A DNA stretch of 64,000 nucleotides, taken from Promethearchaeota archaeon. GTDB taxonomy: Archaea; Asgardarchaeota; Lokiarchaeia; Sigyniarchaeales; SOKP01. This document shows, in pieces, positions 10,085-21,075 of the stretch. A model generated the notes under the pieces. That model was not told where the DNA came from and made no database searches. It worked only from the letters and a program-made list of their open reading frames with translations. The stretch lies in the NCBI GenBank assembly GCA_019057795.1, contig JAHLWS010000022.1, positions 1 to 64,000 on the forward strand. Direction: 5' to 3'. Position 1 is the first letter of the stretch, and every line of letters begins with the position of its first letter. Both the position numbers and the translations under genes were made by a program.

Positions 10085-12757
10085 ATGAGTAAAAAAGCGT
10101 TTGGTTCTGGTTATTTTGGAGAGTGGATTGAAGACGAGTTTGGATTACCCGCATATCGTTATACTTGCGACCAAATAAACGATCCAAAAGCAATCACTCC
10201 AATGAATGAAGAGTGGCGTTCAAAAACAGAACACCTTCATCAAGTTGGCAACGATAGATTGGTAGCTGTTGCATCAAATTACGGTTATATCCAAGTAAGA
10301 CAAGACGAGGGAGGTCCTAAGTATTTAAATGAGTTTAATCCTAAGCAAGGACAATATGCCGGAGGTTTTGGATACCTTACTGATGGAGATAATTATTTGA
10401 GTACATACTATCCTAGTAAAGCAGATTCCTTCGAAAGGATCTTTGGAATTGGGTACTTACAGAAAAAAGTAATAGCGCACGGTTATAATGTTAACCAAAT
10501 TATTTTTGCGCCATTTGGTGATGACCCTGTTTTAATTTCTCAAATTACAATAACAAACAATCGGGATACGCCAGTAGATCTAAGCTGGATTGAGTATTGG
10601 GATTGTTATATGTATCAATTTTCGTCGTCTGCATTTGCGGTACTAGTTTCAAAAAAACCTGGCAAACACCCGAGAGAAATTCGCCATGAATTCAGTAATA
10701 AATTTAAACACGAGTTCAGTGTAATCAATAATGGCGCAGGACTTCTAGAAAAAAAGTTTTTGGAAAATCAAAAAGAGGTATACGATCCTACTAATCTAAA
10801 ACCTGCATTTGAAGATAGATTTCCACCCCCAACTTTCTTAATCTCTTTAGATTCTAAAGCAAGCGCATTAAGTACCAATAGTGAACAATTCTTTGGTCGT
10901 GGTGGCGTCAAAGCTCCAGATGGACTTAAAAATAAGTTGAACAACGATCTCAGTTCTACAGGCATTGAAAGCGCTATGTTTCTGGAGCAAAATATACGCT
11001 TAAAGCCAGGAGAAAGTCAAACATTATCATTTTTATATGGGTATATTCCTGATGGTTATGATATAACCTCCTTAGTTAACAAATATAAAAATAATTTAAC
11101 TAAATTATTTGAAAAAACATGTGAACAATGGAAAAATCATAGAATCGAATTACAAATTAAAGATGAACCATGGGTTAATCGCGAAATTTTTTGGCATTAT
11201 TATTATTTAAGAGGTGCTATGACTTATGATAACTATTTTAAAGAACATATTCTCTCTCAAGGCCATGTTTATCAGTATATCATTGGTTTCCAAGGAGCTG
11301 CCCGTGATCCATTACAACACGCACTTCCGTTTATTTACAGCGACCCAGATATAGTAAAAAACATTATAAGGTATACTTTAAAAACAACTCGTAAGAATGG
11401 AGAGATACCCTATGGTATTACGGGAAGTGGACAAATATTACCAGTTCCCTTTAAGCCTAGTGATCAAGAAATGTGGTTACTATGGTTGATAAGCGAATAT
11501 GTTCTTGGAACTCGTGATGATGAATTTCTTGATGAAAAAGTTTCCAGATATCCCGTTTATGGATCTAGAGCAGAATTTGTTAAAGTTCGAGATGTTGTAG
11601 CACGCTGTTTTCGTCATTTAGTTAAAAAGACGGGGTTTGGATGTCACGGTCTTCAGCGATTATCTAACGGCGATTGGAACGATGGAGTTGTTATCGGACA
11701 CATTCCTCCTGAAAAACATAAAGAAATTCAAAAAGAAGCAGAAAGCGTTTTAAACGCCGCAATGGCTATACACACGCTTGAAATATACTCAGAAATGTTG
11801 GAATTCGTAGGTGAACGCAATTTAGCAAGTGAAGCACTTAAATATTCTCAATCTCAACGAGAAGCAGTTAAAGCTCAATGGACTGGAAAATGGTTTAGAC
11901 GAGCATGGCTTACTGAAGATTTAGGATGGGTTGGTGAAGATCAAATGTGGTTAGAGCCTCAACCTTGGGCAATTATTGGCGATGCGGCAGATCAAGAACA
12001 AAAATCGATTCTTGTAAAGAATATAGATGAATTAGTTCGTAAACCTTCGAAAATAGGCGCTAGACTTCATAGCAAGGGTATTGATAGTATAAGAAGTAAA
12101 GGACAAGGAGTAAATGCGGGTATTTGGCCCTCAATAAATGGCACTTTAATTTGGGCGCTCTCTTTAGTAGATGGAGAGATGGGATGGGACGAATGGAAAA
12201 AAAATTCCCTCGCTTATCACGCTGAGAGTTATCCCGATGTTTGGTATGGAATTTGGAGCGGTCCAGACACCTATAACTCGGATTTATCCAAGTATCCCGG
12301 TCAGACTGTTTTTAACGAAGCTTTAATTACTGGCGAACAAGACCCATCTGATGTAGAGGAATTTCTAGGGCATTTGGCAACTTCTTGGACTGATTTTCCG
12401 GTCTTTAATTTACATCCTCACGCATGGCCATTATATGACACAACTCGCTTAATTGGTATAAATTTCACGCGAAATGGTGTGATCTTAAATCCTACTTTAC
12501 CTAAAGACGACTATAAGTTTATTACCCCCCTCATTGGATTAGAAAAGACTAAAAATGGATATTTAGGGTGGTATAATCCCGTGAAATTAGGTACATGGGA
12601 AATATCATTAAAACTAAGTGAAGAAGAACTCGATCAAATTGATTATATTCTAATAAATGGAAATGAAGCTAAGTTTACAATAAAAGAAAGCCAATTGCTT
12701 TGGAGTGGTGAAAGTAAACCAAGTAACCCTCTCCACTGGGAAATAAAAAAAAAATAA
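10085..12757 (+). CDS. GH94-like glycoside phosphorylase/hydrolase
   Basis: N-terminal beta-sandwich; GAARDPLQ, SDQEMWL, GDWNDG and ESV motifs of the (alpha/alpha)6 catalytic domain. Confidence 0.75.
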   Translation: MSKKAFGSGYFGEWIEDEFGLPAYRYTCDQINDPKAITPMNEEWRSKTEHLHQVGNDRLVAVASNYGYIQVRQDEGGPKYLNEFNPKQGQYAGGFGYLTDGDNYLSTYYPSKADSFERIFGIGYLQKKVIAHGYNVNQIIFAPFGDDPVLISQITITNNRDTPVDLSWIEYWDCYMYQFSSSAFAVLVSKKPGKHPREIRHEFSNKFKHEFSVINNGAGLLEKKFLENQKEVYDPTNLKPAFEDRFPPPTFLISLDSKASALSTNSEQFFGRGGVKAPDGLKNKLNNDLSSTGIESAMFLEQNIRLKPGESQTLSFLYGYIPDGYDITSLVNKYKNNLTKLFEKTCEQWKNHRIELQIKDEPWVNREIFWHYYYLRGAMTYDNYFKEHILSQGHVYQYIIGFQGAARDPLQHALPFIYSDPDIVKNIIRYTLKTTRKNGEIPYGITGSGQILPVPFKPSDQEMWLLWLISEYVLGTRDDEFLDEKVSRYPVYGSRAEFVKVRDVVARCFRHLVKKTGFGCHGLQRLSNGDWNDGVVIGHIPPEKHKEIQKEAESVLNAAMAIHTLEIYSEMLEFVGERNLASEALKYSQSQREAVKAQWTGKWFRRAWLTEDLGWVGEDQMWLEPQPWAIIGDAADQEQKSILVKNIDELVRKPSKIGARLHSKGIDSIRSKGQGVNAGIWPSINGTLIWALSLVDGEMGWDEWKKNSLAYHAESYPDVWYGIWSGPDTYNSDLSKYPGQTVFNEALITGEQDPSDVEEFLGHLATSWTDFPVFNLHPHAWPLYDTTRLIGINFTRNGVILNPTLPKDDYKFITPLIGLEKTKNGYLGWYNPVKLGTWEISLKLSEEELDQIDYILINGNEAKFTIKESQLLWSGESKPSNPLHWEIKKK

Positions 12758-12785
12758 GCAAAAATCTTTTATTCTTACCATGAAT

Positions 12786-13955
12786 CTAATGGGGTAAAGG
12801 GGGAACTTCAGAATCATTCCATAGATCTACCGTTGGGTAATCCCACCATTTTGAGGAAATGTTTGAATAAGTTCCATATTTTTCTAATCCTTTTCCGAAA
12901 GCTTTGATGTTCTTTCGAGAAGCCCTTATTACTTTAGGTTGAGGATAAAAATACGCTCCAAATCCTCCATCTTTCGTACCTAAATTTCGAACCATATGCC
13001 AAACTTCTCGCTCGACTTCTTCGGGTGTTCCATGAGTATAAATAGATTGTATGTTAACGCAACCCCAGAACATTATTTTTCCCCGATATTGCTTTAATTC
13101 GTTATATCCACTCATTCTAGGGCTATCAAACTCGATAGAATCTAAACCACAGTCAATTAGTACAGGTATAAGGTGGTCTACCTTGCCGCAACAATGAAGG
13201 TGTACCTCAGCCCCTAATTCATGTGCTGCGTCTACGATTCTTTTATATATCGGTTCGTAAAAATCTCTAAAAAGACGAGGATTAAAGAAGGGTCCAGTTT
13301 GTTCTCCTAAATCGTCAGATATCCAAAAACCATCGGGTTTTAACCCGTACTTAAACGCCATTTTTATTGATTCTACATGGAACTCAGTAACATGTTCTAA
13401 TAAACGTTTTAACTCCTTAGGATGCCTAATGTGATCGACTAGATAATTAGAAAACCCTCTCATTTCAGAAACTACATGAGAAGGTCCCTGTGATCTCATA
13501 ATTACCATATTGTACAAATCATCACTAAACAATTTTTTTAAATCTAAAGCCGCTTTATACCGACTCTTATCTGAAGCATCTAAAGTATATTGTGCTAAAT
13601 AATCATCTATGTTTTTTATATCCGGTAAAGAGGGTCTACCTGGGTGCCCCATATCTCTATCCTTTCCCTTCATATTCCAGATACAACCCCATTCATCTAC
13701 CTCTTCGTGAGGAATTCTTTTCCAATTAGTATCTTCAAATTCGGGTCGTTCATTTACCCAATCTGGTTTTTTCCAACTATTAGGATTTTTATTATGGGGG
13801 AATAATCCAATTTCATTTTCTACAAAACCAGGATTCCAATCTTTGGAGTGAATAAGTGGCAGAGGAGCAACATCACCAGATACAATATTAAAGATTGGAA
13901 CTTTATCTGGACGATCAAAATGAACTGCTGCTCTCACACGTTCTTTTGAATTCAT
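12786..13955 (-). CDS. Uroporphyrinogen decarboxylase / MtaA-CmuA methyltransferase family protein
   Basis: MNSKERV...PD+VP, DEWG, SDDLG, HCCG, GTPEEV motifs. Confidence 0.85.
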   Translation of the reverse strand: MNSKERVRAAVHFDRPDKVPIFNIVSGDVAPLPLIHSKDWNPGFVENEIGLFPHNKNPNSWKKPDWVNERPEFEDTNWKRIPHEEVDEWGCIWNMKGKDRDMGHPGRPSLPDIKNIDDYLAQYTLDASDKSRYKAALDLKKLFSDDLYNMVIMRSQGPSHVVSEMRGFSNYLVDHIRHPKELKRLLEHVTEFHVESIKMAFKYGLKPDGFWISDDLGEQTGPFFNPRLFRDFYEPIYKRIVDAAHELGAEVHLHCCGKVDHLIPVLIDCGLDSIEFDSPRMSGYNELKQYRGKIMFWGCVNIQSIYTHGTPEEVEREVWHMVRNLGTKDGGFGAYFYPQPKVIRASRKNIKAFGKGLEKYGTYSNISSKWWDYPTVDLWNDSEVPPLPH

Positions 13956-14083
13956 AACAGCTACTTAATAATTAATTCTAATTAAAAGATAAATATTTCT
14001 TTTTATTTAAAAATATTTAGTTGATATAATATATTTAGCGTTTGAATTAAAAAATAGAAAGAATATTAGTTGTATATTAAAAT

Positions 14084-14215
14084 TTAGAGCCCTTTTTCTT
14101 TCCTTGCTTCTTCCGTGAATTCTGGGGGACTATCACAATTAGATGCGATTTTAGACTTTATACACTCTTCACAATATTTTAAATATATCTCATTTTCGGA
14201 GTCTTTACTATCCAT
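14084..14215 (-). CDS. Possible 43-aa small protein with CxxC
   Basis: Hand translation MDSKDSENEIYLKYCEECIKSKIASNCDSPPEFTEEARKEKGL; below ORF-track cutoff, no homology recognised. Confidence 0.3.
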   Translation of the reverse strand: MDSKDSENEIYLKYCEECIKSKIASNCDSPPEFTEEARKEKGL

Positions 14216-14543
14216 GTCAGCATCAACAAGTTAAGTATTAAAACTCATGGAATTAACGTTAATTATCTATTATAAAGTTTATTAAAATTGAATTTTTTAT
14301 ACACTAAAGGACAACAAATTACCGACATAATTAAAAGGTAAAACTCTACTCATCAGCAACAATTATGAATCTTTTTTTTAGGTTTTAGAGAAGGGGAGGG
14401 GGGTCGTTAAAAGTAAAAATAAACTAAATTAAGTAAATTAAACGCTAATAAGCCATTCAAAAAAGCAATTGGATATTAGTGTATAGACTATTTCTAAAAA
14501 CTTATAATTTTTCAAAAATAGAATCATACAAGATAATACTTTT

Positions 14544-15959
14544 TTGAGATTAAAAATCATGGTTGAACAATGTGACATTTTGGTCGTAGGCGCTGGAACT
14601 GCCGGAATGTATCTCAGTTGGCTATTAGCTAAAAAAGGTTATTCAGTTATAACCATAGAGAAAGATGAGAGGGAAAAAGTAGCTAAAAGGTTAGATGTTA
14701 TCCACTTTGAGACCGATAGAATTAAAAACGCGGGCATACCACCGTTTAAAGTAGGAGACCCTGACTGTATTGAAATTCGAGATCAATCCACACAAGTAAC
14801 AACGGATTTTACAACAGAAGTTAAAATCAGAGCGCTTCAAACTATTGTGCGTCTTACACCATTTTTAAATAGAATGTATAAGGTGTTAGAAGCAGATGGA
14901 GTAAAGCTTGTTTTTTCTAGTAAATTTTTAGAATTAGTTTTTGACGACGGAAAAATTGTAGGTGTTTTAGCCGAAAAAAATGGGGAACGAATTGAATACC
15001 ATGCTCGTTTAGTTATCGATGCTTCAGGTACGGGTGCCGTAATCAGAACATCCTTGCCTCAAGACTACGGAATTGAAACTTTTAAACTGGACCCAAGTAG
15101 TGTGATGTATGTACTTCTACAATACATTAAGTGGTTAAACCCAGAAGAAAAACATCCGTTACCCGACACAGGATTTCAATACTACCTGTTATGGTTCGGT
15201 CCGTGTCAGATTGAAAATGGTGCAATTTTGGGAGTTGGGCAACCAGGTTCTTACGAAAATGCTAGAAAAGCAAGAGAAGAGTTCCTTGGAAAGGCTCACT
15301 TACCTCCTTATGAAATTATAAAAGAAGAACAAGGTTTTACTCCCTATAGAAGACCTCCTTATACTCTTGTGGGTGATGGATTACTCTGTATAGGAGATGC
15401 TGCAGCAATTACTTATCCATTTTCGGGGCACGGAGTTACCGCTACTTGGAACTTGTGCATGATTGCAGCAGAGGTTATTGAGAGTACGCTTAAAGAAGAA
15501 GGGTATATTTCTAAAGACAGGTTATGGGACATTAATGTAAAGTATTTTAGAGATCAAGGTGCGAAATTTGCGAGCCTATTTATGCAATTATCTGGTATTC
15601 TAAACTTTTCAGCAAAAGAATGGGATTACGTCTTAAAATCGGGATTACTTTACAAAACTGGGGACGAAGACGAAATTCCTGAACCTAATAAAGAGTACGA
15701 AGAAGACATGAGTCTAGGCGAAATGCTTAAATTTCTGTTTAAATTAATTGGCGGCATGCTAAAAAGACAATTATCCTTAAAACACGTGAAAAAATTGCTA
15801 TCAGCTAATTCACTTGCTGGAAAAATTAAAAAACATTACGAAACCTTTCCAGAGGATCCGAACGAATTCGATCAATGGGTAAAGAAAGCAGACCAACTAT
15901 GGAAGCAAAAACGAGTAGCAATCAAAAAATTAGAAACCTTTTCTATTGAGTACCACTAA
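14544..15959 (+). CDS. FAD-dependent oxidoreductase, geranylgeranyl reductase-like
   Basis: GAGTAG, IDASG, IGDAA...PFSGHG; probable ATG start at 14559. Confidence 0.8.
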   Translation: MRLKIMVEQCDILVVGAGTAGMYLSWLLAKKGYSVITIEKDEREKVAKRLDVIHFETDRIKNAGIPPFKVGDPDCIEIRDQSTQVTTDFTTEVKIRALQTIVRLTPFLNRMYKVLEADGVKLVFSSKFLELVFDDGKIVGVLAEKNGERIEYHARLVIDASGTGAVIRTSLPQDYGIETFKLDPSSVMYVLLQYIKWLNPEEKHPLPDTGFQYYLLWFGPCQIENGAILGVGQPGSYENARKAREEFLGKAHLPPYEIIKEEQGFTPYRRPPYTLVGDGLLCIGDAAAITYPFSGHGVTATWNLCMIAAEVIESTLKEEGYISKDRLWDINVKYFRDQGAKFASLFMQLSGILNFSAKEWDYVLKSGLLYKTGDEDEIPEPNKEYEEDMSLGEMLKFLFKLIGGMLKRQLSLKHVKKLLSANSLAGKIKKHYETFPEDPNEFDQWVKKADQLWKQKRVAIKKLETFSIEYH

Positions 15960-16017
15960 AGGTTGAAATTAAAAAAAGTAGTGTTCTATTAATAAATAAT
16001 TACACTTTCAGATTTGG

Positions 16018-16752
16018 TTAGCTTTTAGTTAGTGATGAACCACATTCCCCACAGAATTTTCCCTCTCCAGTAATTTTTGCACCACAATTAGGACAAAACT
16101 TTTTATTTGAAGGTGTTGGAGCTGCTAGAGATACTTGTTGCGTGCTTGGCACTGGTGTTGTTGGAGTTGTTTCAGTATAACGAATTATCTCTTCTAATTT
16201 TGCCAATTTGAAATATCCAACTATTTGCAAAATCCACCCGATAAGAATTGTTATTATTAAAAACGAAAGAACATTCATTAAAGCGGCAGTTCTTAATTTA
16301 TCGCTTCCTTCTGAAGCCTCCAACGCGATGTGGGTAGGGAATAAACTACGATTTTGATTAAAGAAGTCTGTTAAACTACGCCAAGCATCCATTTCAATCG
16401 CTCCCGCTATGATGTTTATAATAAAGCTAATGATCATCGGTATTAATGTTAAAATACTGAAAGAGAATGGCCTACCTAAAGAGTAAAAAGACCCAGCCCC
16501 AGATATAACAGTACTAATTATCCTGAAAACGATTGCAATACTATATTTCGAGCGATAATTCTCTAACGAAGATTGTTTTAATTTATAGTTTGCGCTCCGT
16601 ATATCGCTTAAGGCCATAATAGCAAAAATAAATCCTATGAAACTTAAAATCGTACCAAGATATGGAATGATCGATAATAAGGTCATTATCGCAACTATTT
16701 TCATCTTCTTTCCAAATTCCGAAAATTCTTTCTTAATATCGACATTTAACAT
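16018..16752 (-). CDS. Membrane protein with C-terminal double zinc ribbon
   Basis: 4 TM segments, CPNCG...FCGECG; paralog of 17000..17746. Confidence 0.75.
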   Translation of the reverse strand: MLNVDIKKEFSEFGKKMKIVAIMTLLSIIPYLGTILSFIGFIFAIMALSDIRSANYKLKQSSLENYRSKYSIAIVFRIISTVISGAGSFYSLGRPFSFSILTLIPMIISFIINIIAGAIEMDAWRSLTDFFNQNRSLFPTHIALEASEGSDKLRTAALMNVLSFLIITILIGWILQIVGYFKLAKLEEIIRYTETTPTTPVPSTQQVSLAAPTPSNKKFCPNCGAKITGEGKFCGECGSSLTKS

Positions 16753-16999
16753 TAATTTTAACCTTTTTACAAGTTTTTTAATCTAAAATACATAATAATA
16801 TTTATATAGTTTTAGGAAGCAAATTTTTTTAGGTTTATGGAACCAAATTATTAGCCACATTAACAAAAAAATTCCAGGTAATAACATTTTTTAATTATAT
16901 GTGCTGTTAAATGTAATATGCAATATTTAGGTGAATTGCTATTTAGCTTTTCTGTCAAATTATTTAAGAATATTAAAAAAAAAAGTTTTTATTAATGTA

Positions 17000-17746
17000 C
17001 TACTTTATATCCGAGCCGCATAAGGGACAAAATTTTCCTAATCCGGATAATTTGGTTCCACAATTTGGGCAAAAATTGCTTGCTATTTCGGTTATACCAA
17101 TTGCTCGAGACTCCGGTAAGTTCACTTGTATCGATGATGTTTTCGGAACATCATATAACATCAAGTTATTCAATTTTGCTAAGTTAAAATATCCTATAAC
17201 TTGATATATAAATCCAATTATTGCAGTGATTATTAAAAATCCTAACGCAAACAATAAAGCAGCCGTTTTTAACTTGTCACACCCGTCAATTAAATCATGA
17301 GAAATGCTACCTGGAAATAGACTCCTATTTTCTTCAAAGAATCGCTTCAAATTTTCCCATGCTTTCATTTCAGCAACTACGCTGGTTATTAAAAATGTTA
17401 AACCAGTTAACATAAGAATTACGCTTATAGAAATTATTATCCAAAAAGAGCTGAAATAAGATGGTATAAAGAAGAAAAGAACTAAGTTTATAACTCCTAA
17501 TATTAACACGATTGTACCACACATTTTTAAAATGAAAGCCCTAATATACTTCGAACGAAATTCCTCTAAATATTCGTTATTTAATTTAAGATTTGCGTTT
17601 TTGATATTTCCTAAAGCAATAAATGTAAAGATTAACGCTATTATGCCCGTCACACCAGTTACTAAACTTAAAACGGTACAAAATGCTACGATTTGCATAT
17701 TTTTCCCAAATTCGTAGAAATCTTTTCTAACATCCATATTTGACAT
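17000..17746 (-). CDS. Membrane protein with C-terminal double zinc ribbon
   Basis: TM segments, CPNCG...FCPLCG; paralog of 16018..16752. Confidence 0.75.
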   Translation of the reverse strand: MSNMDVRKDFYEFGKNMQIVAFCTVLSLVTGVTGIIALIFTFIALGNIKNANLKLNNEYLEEFRSKYIRAFILKMCGTIVLILGVINLVLFFFIPSYFSSFWIIISISVILMLTGLTFLITSVVAEMKAWENLKRFFEENRSLFPGSISHDLIDGCDKLKTAALLFALGFLIITAIIGFIYQVIGYFNLAKLNNLMLYDVPKTSSIQVNLPESRAIGITEIASNFCPNCGTKLSGLGKFCPLCGSDIK

Positions 17747-17889
17747 TTTTATGTATCCATTTTTTGATATATTTACTTAATACATTTTTTGTTAATTAAT
17801 ATCATTAATGGAGTCCATTATTTGCTTTAAGGATAGTTATATATCTGATTAAATTGAGAAATAAGTTTAAATTTTTAATACAAGAATTT

Positions 17890-18729
17890 CTAAAAGAAGC
17901 GCCGGATATATTCAATACTTTCCAGTAAATCTTCCACTTTATGCAGTTCCATAATCATTGCGCCTTTATAATTAAATCTATTTGCTAATTCAAATACCAA
18001 TTGAAAATCTACTGAACCTTTTCCCAGAGTAGGATGGATATCTAAATCATTCTTAAAATGTTCAACTAAATGGATATTTTTAATACGATTATGTAATTTA
18101 TTCCATAACTCTTCAATATTATCGTTGCAAGACGCAGTATGACCTGTATCCCACGCTAAGAAGATATCTCCTCGATTGATATCGGCAAAGAATTTATTAA
18201 ACTCGTCATATTTTAGAAAAAAACCAGCGTTTCTCGGCATATTCTCTAAAGAAGTAATTAGTTGAAAGCTTTTTATTTTTTCTAGCAATAAATTAACAGC
18301 GTCTATAAGTCGATTATTAACGCCATTATACGACCGGTGTAAGAATTGTGCATTTCCTGGATGGATAGTAAAGTTTTCTGCTCCAATTGTTTTGCTTATT
18401 TCAGCTGACTTTATGTAACATTCTATTGTAGCGTTTAAAATCCATGGATTATGAGTGCACAAGCTTAAATACGCATAAGGTGCATGGAATTGTTTCTTGA
18501 TAGAAGGATATGAATTGCATAAATCGATAAACGCTTGTTTTTCTTCAGAAACTAAGATTTCAGGAGGGTCCAAGATTAATTCACAAATTTTTATGTCATT
18601 TCTTTCCGCGAAATTAAAAGTTCTCTCAACTGCATTGAGCAATAATTCTTTTGAACTTTTAAATTTCCCGTGATTAACATTATCGTAAATAAAAGCTATA
18701 GAGCCAAGTCCAAGTTTCATTAAAATCAA
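17890..18729 (-). CDS. Sugar phosphate isomerase/epimerase (AP endonuclease 2 TIM barrel)
   Basis: HAP, HPG, LENMP, DTGH, IH, H..LG.G.VDF, ME motifs. Confidence 0.85.
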   Translation of the reverse strand: MILMKLGLGSIAFIYDNVNHGKFKSSKELLLNAVERTFNFAERNDIKICELILDPPEILVSEEKQAFIDLCNSYPSIKKQFHAPYAYLSLCTHNPWILNATIECYIKSAEISKTIGAENFTIHPGNAQFLHRSYNGVNNRLIDAVNLLLEKIKSFQLITSLENMPRNAGFFLKYDEFNKFFADINRGDIFLAWDTGHTASCNDNIEELWNKLHNRIKNIHLVEHFKNDLDIHPTLGKGSVDFQLVFELANRFNYKGAMIMELHKVEDLLESIEYIRRFF

Positions 18730-18991
18730 AAATTTGATGAGTTTATTTATTTAAAAATTCGATAATATTTATCATTAATTTTGATTAAAAAATTATGCGT
18801 TTATTAATTCTTAATAGAACTAGATTTATACCTATAAATAATCATTTTTTTCAAACACTATTGAGTCAAATTACGAGAAAAAGTTAAATACTCAAATAAC
18901 TACAATTGAAATTATAGAGGTATTCAAATTAGTAAAAAAAACCCAATATAATTTAATTTAGAAAATATAGAAATTTTAAGAAGTAATTTGT

Positions 18992-20362
18992 ATGTCTAAC
19001 AATAATACAGAAGTTAATTTATTGGATAACTATACCTTTTTTGTAATACCAAGTTGGGGAAATTTACTCGGGTATCCAACTTTAAGTAAATATGCTAACC
19101 ATCAAGTATCGAAAATAACCCAAGATCTAGTTATATTTTTTGGGGGATCTGAATGTGCGGTCTCAACGGATAGAGGAACTTTATATTATCTTTTTGGCAT
19201 GGGATATTATTATACTAAATTTGAGCTTCAAAGTGGAAGATATATTACCGACAATAGGCAATTAACGGGCTTAATTCTATCAGATTTCGTGTACGATCAT
19301 TTAGCAACATCAAAAAATATTACACTAGAAAACGATCGCGATGTAATCATTAGTGAGAACCTATTTAAGTTACCAATAGATTTGTCTTATAAATCTGAAA
19401 CTAAGCGTACATTTATTCAAGGAACGCTTATGAGAAATCTATTTATTCCCTATAAAGATATCTTTTTAGAATTGATGGAAACTTTGAAAAAACCCCAATC
19501 ATTCCAAATAGATGGGACTGGTCCCATGCTTTTAAGCACGCACTGGGATTTCTACAATCAAATTTTAATTTCTTCTGAAATGGATCATGAATTGAAAGTA
19601 AATTATACGAGCTCAACAGCTGGATTAAACGGAATTAAAATTGGTGTTAAAAACCACTTAAAAAGCTACTTTTCACAGCGGGAGTTACAATACATTCAAG
19701 AATCGACTTTAAAATTGAAAAGGGTATATTCTATGATGGAATTCGATCCTATGTATTTGTTCTCAATAATCATAAATGCTTCTGCTTTGTTGAGATCAGA
19801 AATAACATCTACTAACTTTCAAAAAAGTGATAAAGACAATAATAGAATACTAAAAGAATCAATTTTTATCTCTGCTGAACCCCAGATTAATTCAGTCGTC
19901 GATTGGCCAGAACAATTTAGAAGAAAAACAAAAGACGAATTGGAAAAATCGGTCGTACAAGTAGCTAATAAGATTTATCAACCTAACGAAGTTGATAAAA
20001 GTGCATTACCTCTCAAGGAATACAGGAACGAGCAAGACCAATTTGAAATTAGAACAATGAAAAGACCTATTGTTGAGTTAAAACCACTCCCTAACATGCC
20101 AACTAGTAACACATTAGATGTTCTTTTAACAGTAAAGGATATCGTAAATAGTGATTACGACGTTAGATCTATAGGGAAGGCGCTTGAAACCGCACGAGAT
20201 TACATCAAAAGCATGATCTTACATTCAAATATTTTATGGGATATGAGTAAATTTGCTAATATCTATCAACACACAGAACCAAATTTAGGGTTGAGCCCCA
20301 AAGAAAAATTCGAATTAATAGAAAAAATCAATAAATGGATTAACCTGATAAAAAAAAGATAG
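18992..20362 (+). CDS. Hypothetical protein, likely co-transcribed with profilin
   Basis: 456-aa ORF, 23-nt gap to the next gene. Confidence 0.7.
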   Translation: MSNNNTEVNLLDNYTFFVIPSWGNLLGYPTLSKYANHQVSKITQDLVIFFGGSECAVSTDRGTLYYLFGMGYYYTKFELQSGRYITDNRQLTGLILSDFVYDHLATSKNITLENDRDVIISENLFKLPIDLSYKSETKRTFIQGTLMRNLFIPYKDIFLELMETLKKPQSFQIDGTGPMLLSTHWDFYNQILISSEMDHELKVNYTSSTAGLNGIKIGVKNHLKSYFSQRELQYIQESTLKLKRVYSMMEFDPMYLFSIIINASALLRSEITSTNFQKSDKDNNRILKESIFISAEPQINSVVDWPEQFRRKTKDELEKSVVQVANKIYQPNEVDKSALPLKEYRNEQDQFEIRTMKRPIVELKPLPNMPTSNTLDVLLTVKDIVNSDYDVRSIGKALETARDYIKSMILHSNILWDMSKFANIYQHTEPNLGLSPKEKFELIEKINKWINLIKKR

Positions 20363-20385
20363 TTATTTTAAATTGGTATCCTACT

Positions 20386-21018
20386 ATGGTAAATTATAAG
20401 TCTATTATTAAGAGTTTGCAAAAACATTATTCTGACGCAAACGAAGTAGTAGTCGTGGGTAACAAAGGGAAGGTTATTTATTCCACTAGTAATTGGAGCA
20501 CATCGAAAGATATTAAGGCAGTCCTAGCTAGTTGGGGTAGTGGCACTGCCCAATTTGTGAGTATGAGCGGTATCAGATATTCAGTGCTTCAAATGGCACC
20601 CGAAAGATTTATAGCAACTAACAGAAAGAAAAAAGGACACTTAGTTGGAACATCAATCCTTGGTAGTGACATATATCTCATAGCTCATATCAAACCTAAA
20701 GCAAAAGGATGGATGCACATGGCGTATCCCGCAGTTACGAGAGCAGCAGCTATGATGATAAAAGGATCAAAGTCACAATTTGTTGAAACCGAAGTAGTTG
20801 ATTCCGTTGAAAACGAACTTATCGCAAAAAGCAGTAGTATGGTACAACTTACAATCGATCCATATCTCAAAGCTGAAGTGGAAGGATTTTTAGAATGGAT
20901 TAAGAATCCTCAAGGCTTAACTTCTTATCTCCTTCATTCATTACAAGAAAACGATCCATATAGAATCTCCAAACTTGCGGAGATTTACAATGAATTATAT
21001 AGGATTTTTTACACTTAG
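20386..21018 (+). CDS. Asgard (Loki-type) profilin with C-terminal helical extension
   Basis: VVVGNKGKVIYSTSNW...SMSGIRYSVLQ..PERFIATN.KKKGHLV matches the Loki profilin pattern as recalled (IIGKDG.IITQTENW...GIKY...ERKIGTN..GKGH). Confidence 0.75.
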   Translation: MVNYKSIIKSLQKHYSDANEVVVVGNKGKVIYSTSNWSTSKDIKAVLASWGSGTAQFVSMSGIRYSVLQMAPERFIATNRKKKGHLVGTSILGSDIYLIAHIKPKAKGWMHMAYPAVTRAAAMMIKGSKSQFVETEVVDSVENELIAKSSSMVQLTIDPYLKAEVEGFLEWIKNPQGLTSYLLHSLQENDPYRISKLAEIYNELYRIFYT

Positions 21019-21075
21019 GTTTTATTAATTCTTTTTAAAAAAAAGAGATAGAAGTAAAGCAACAACAATTCTTTA

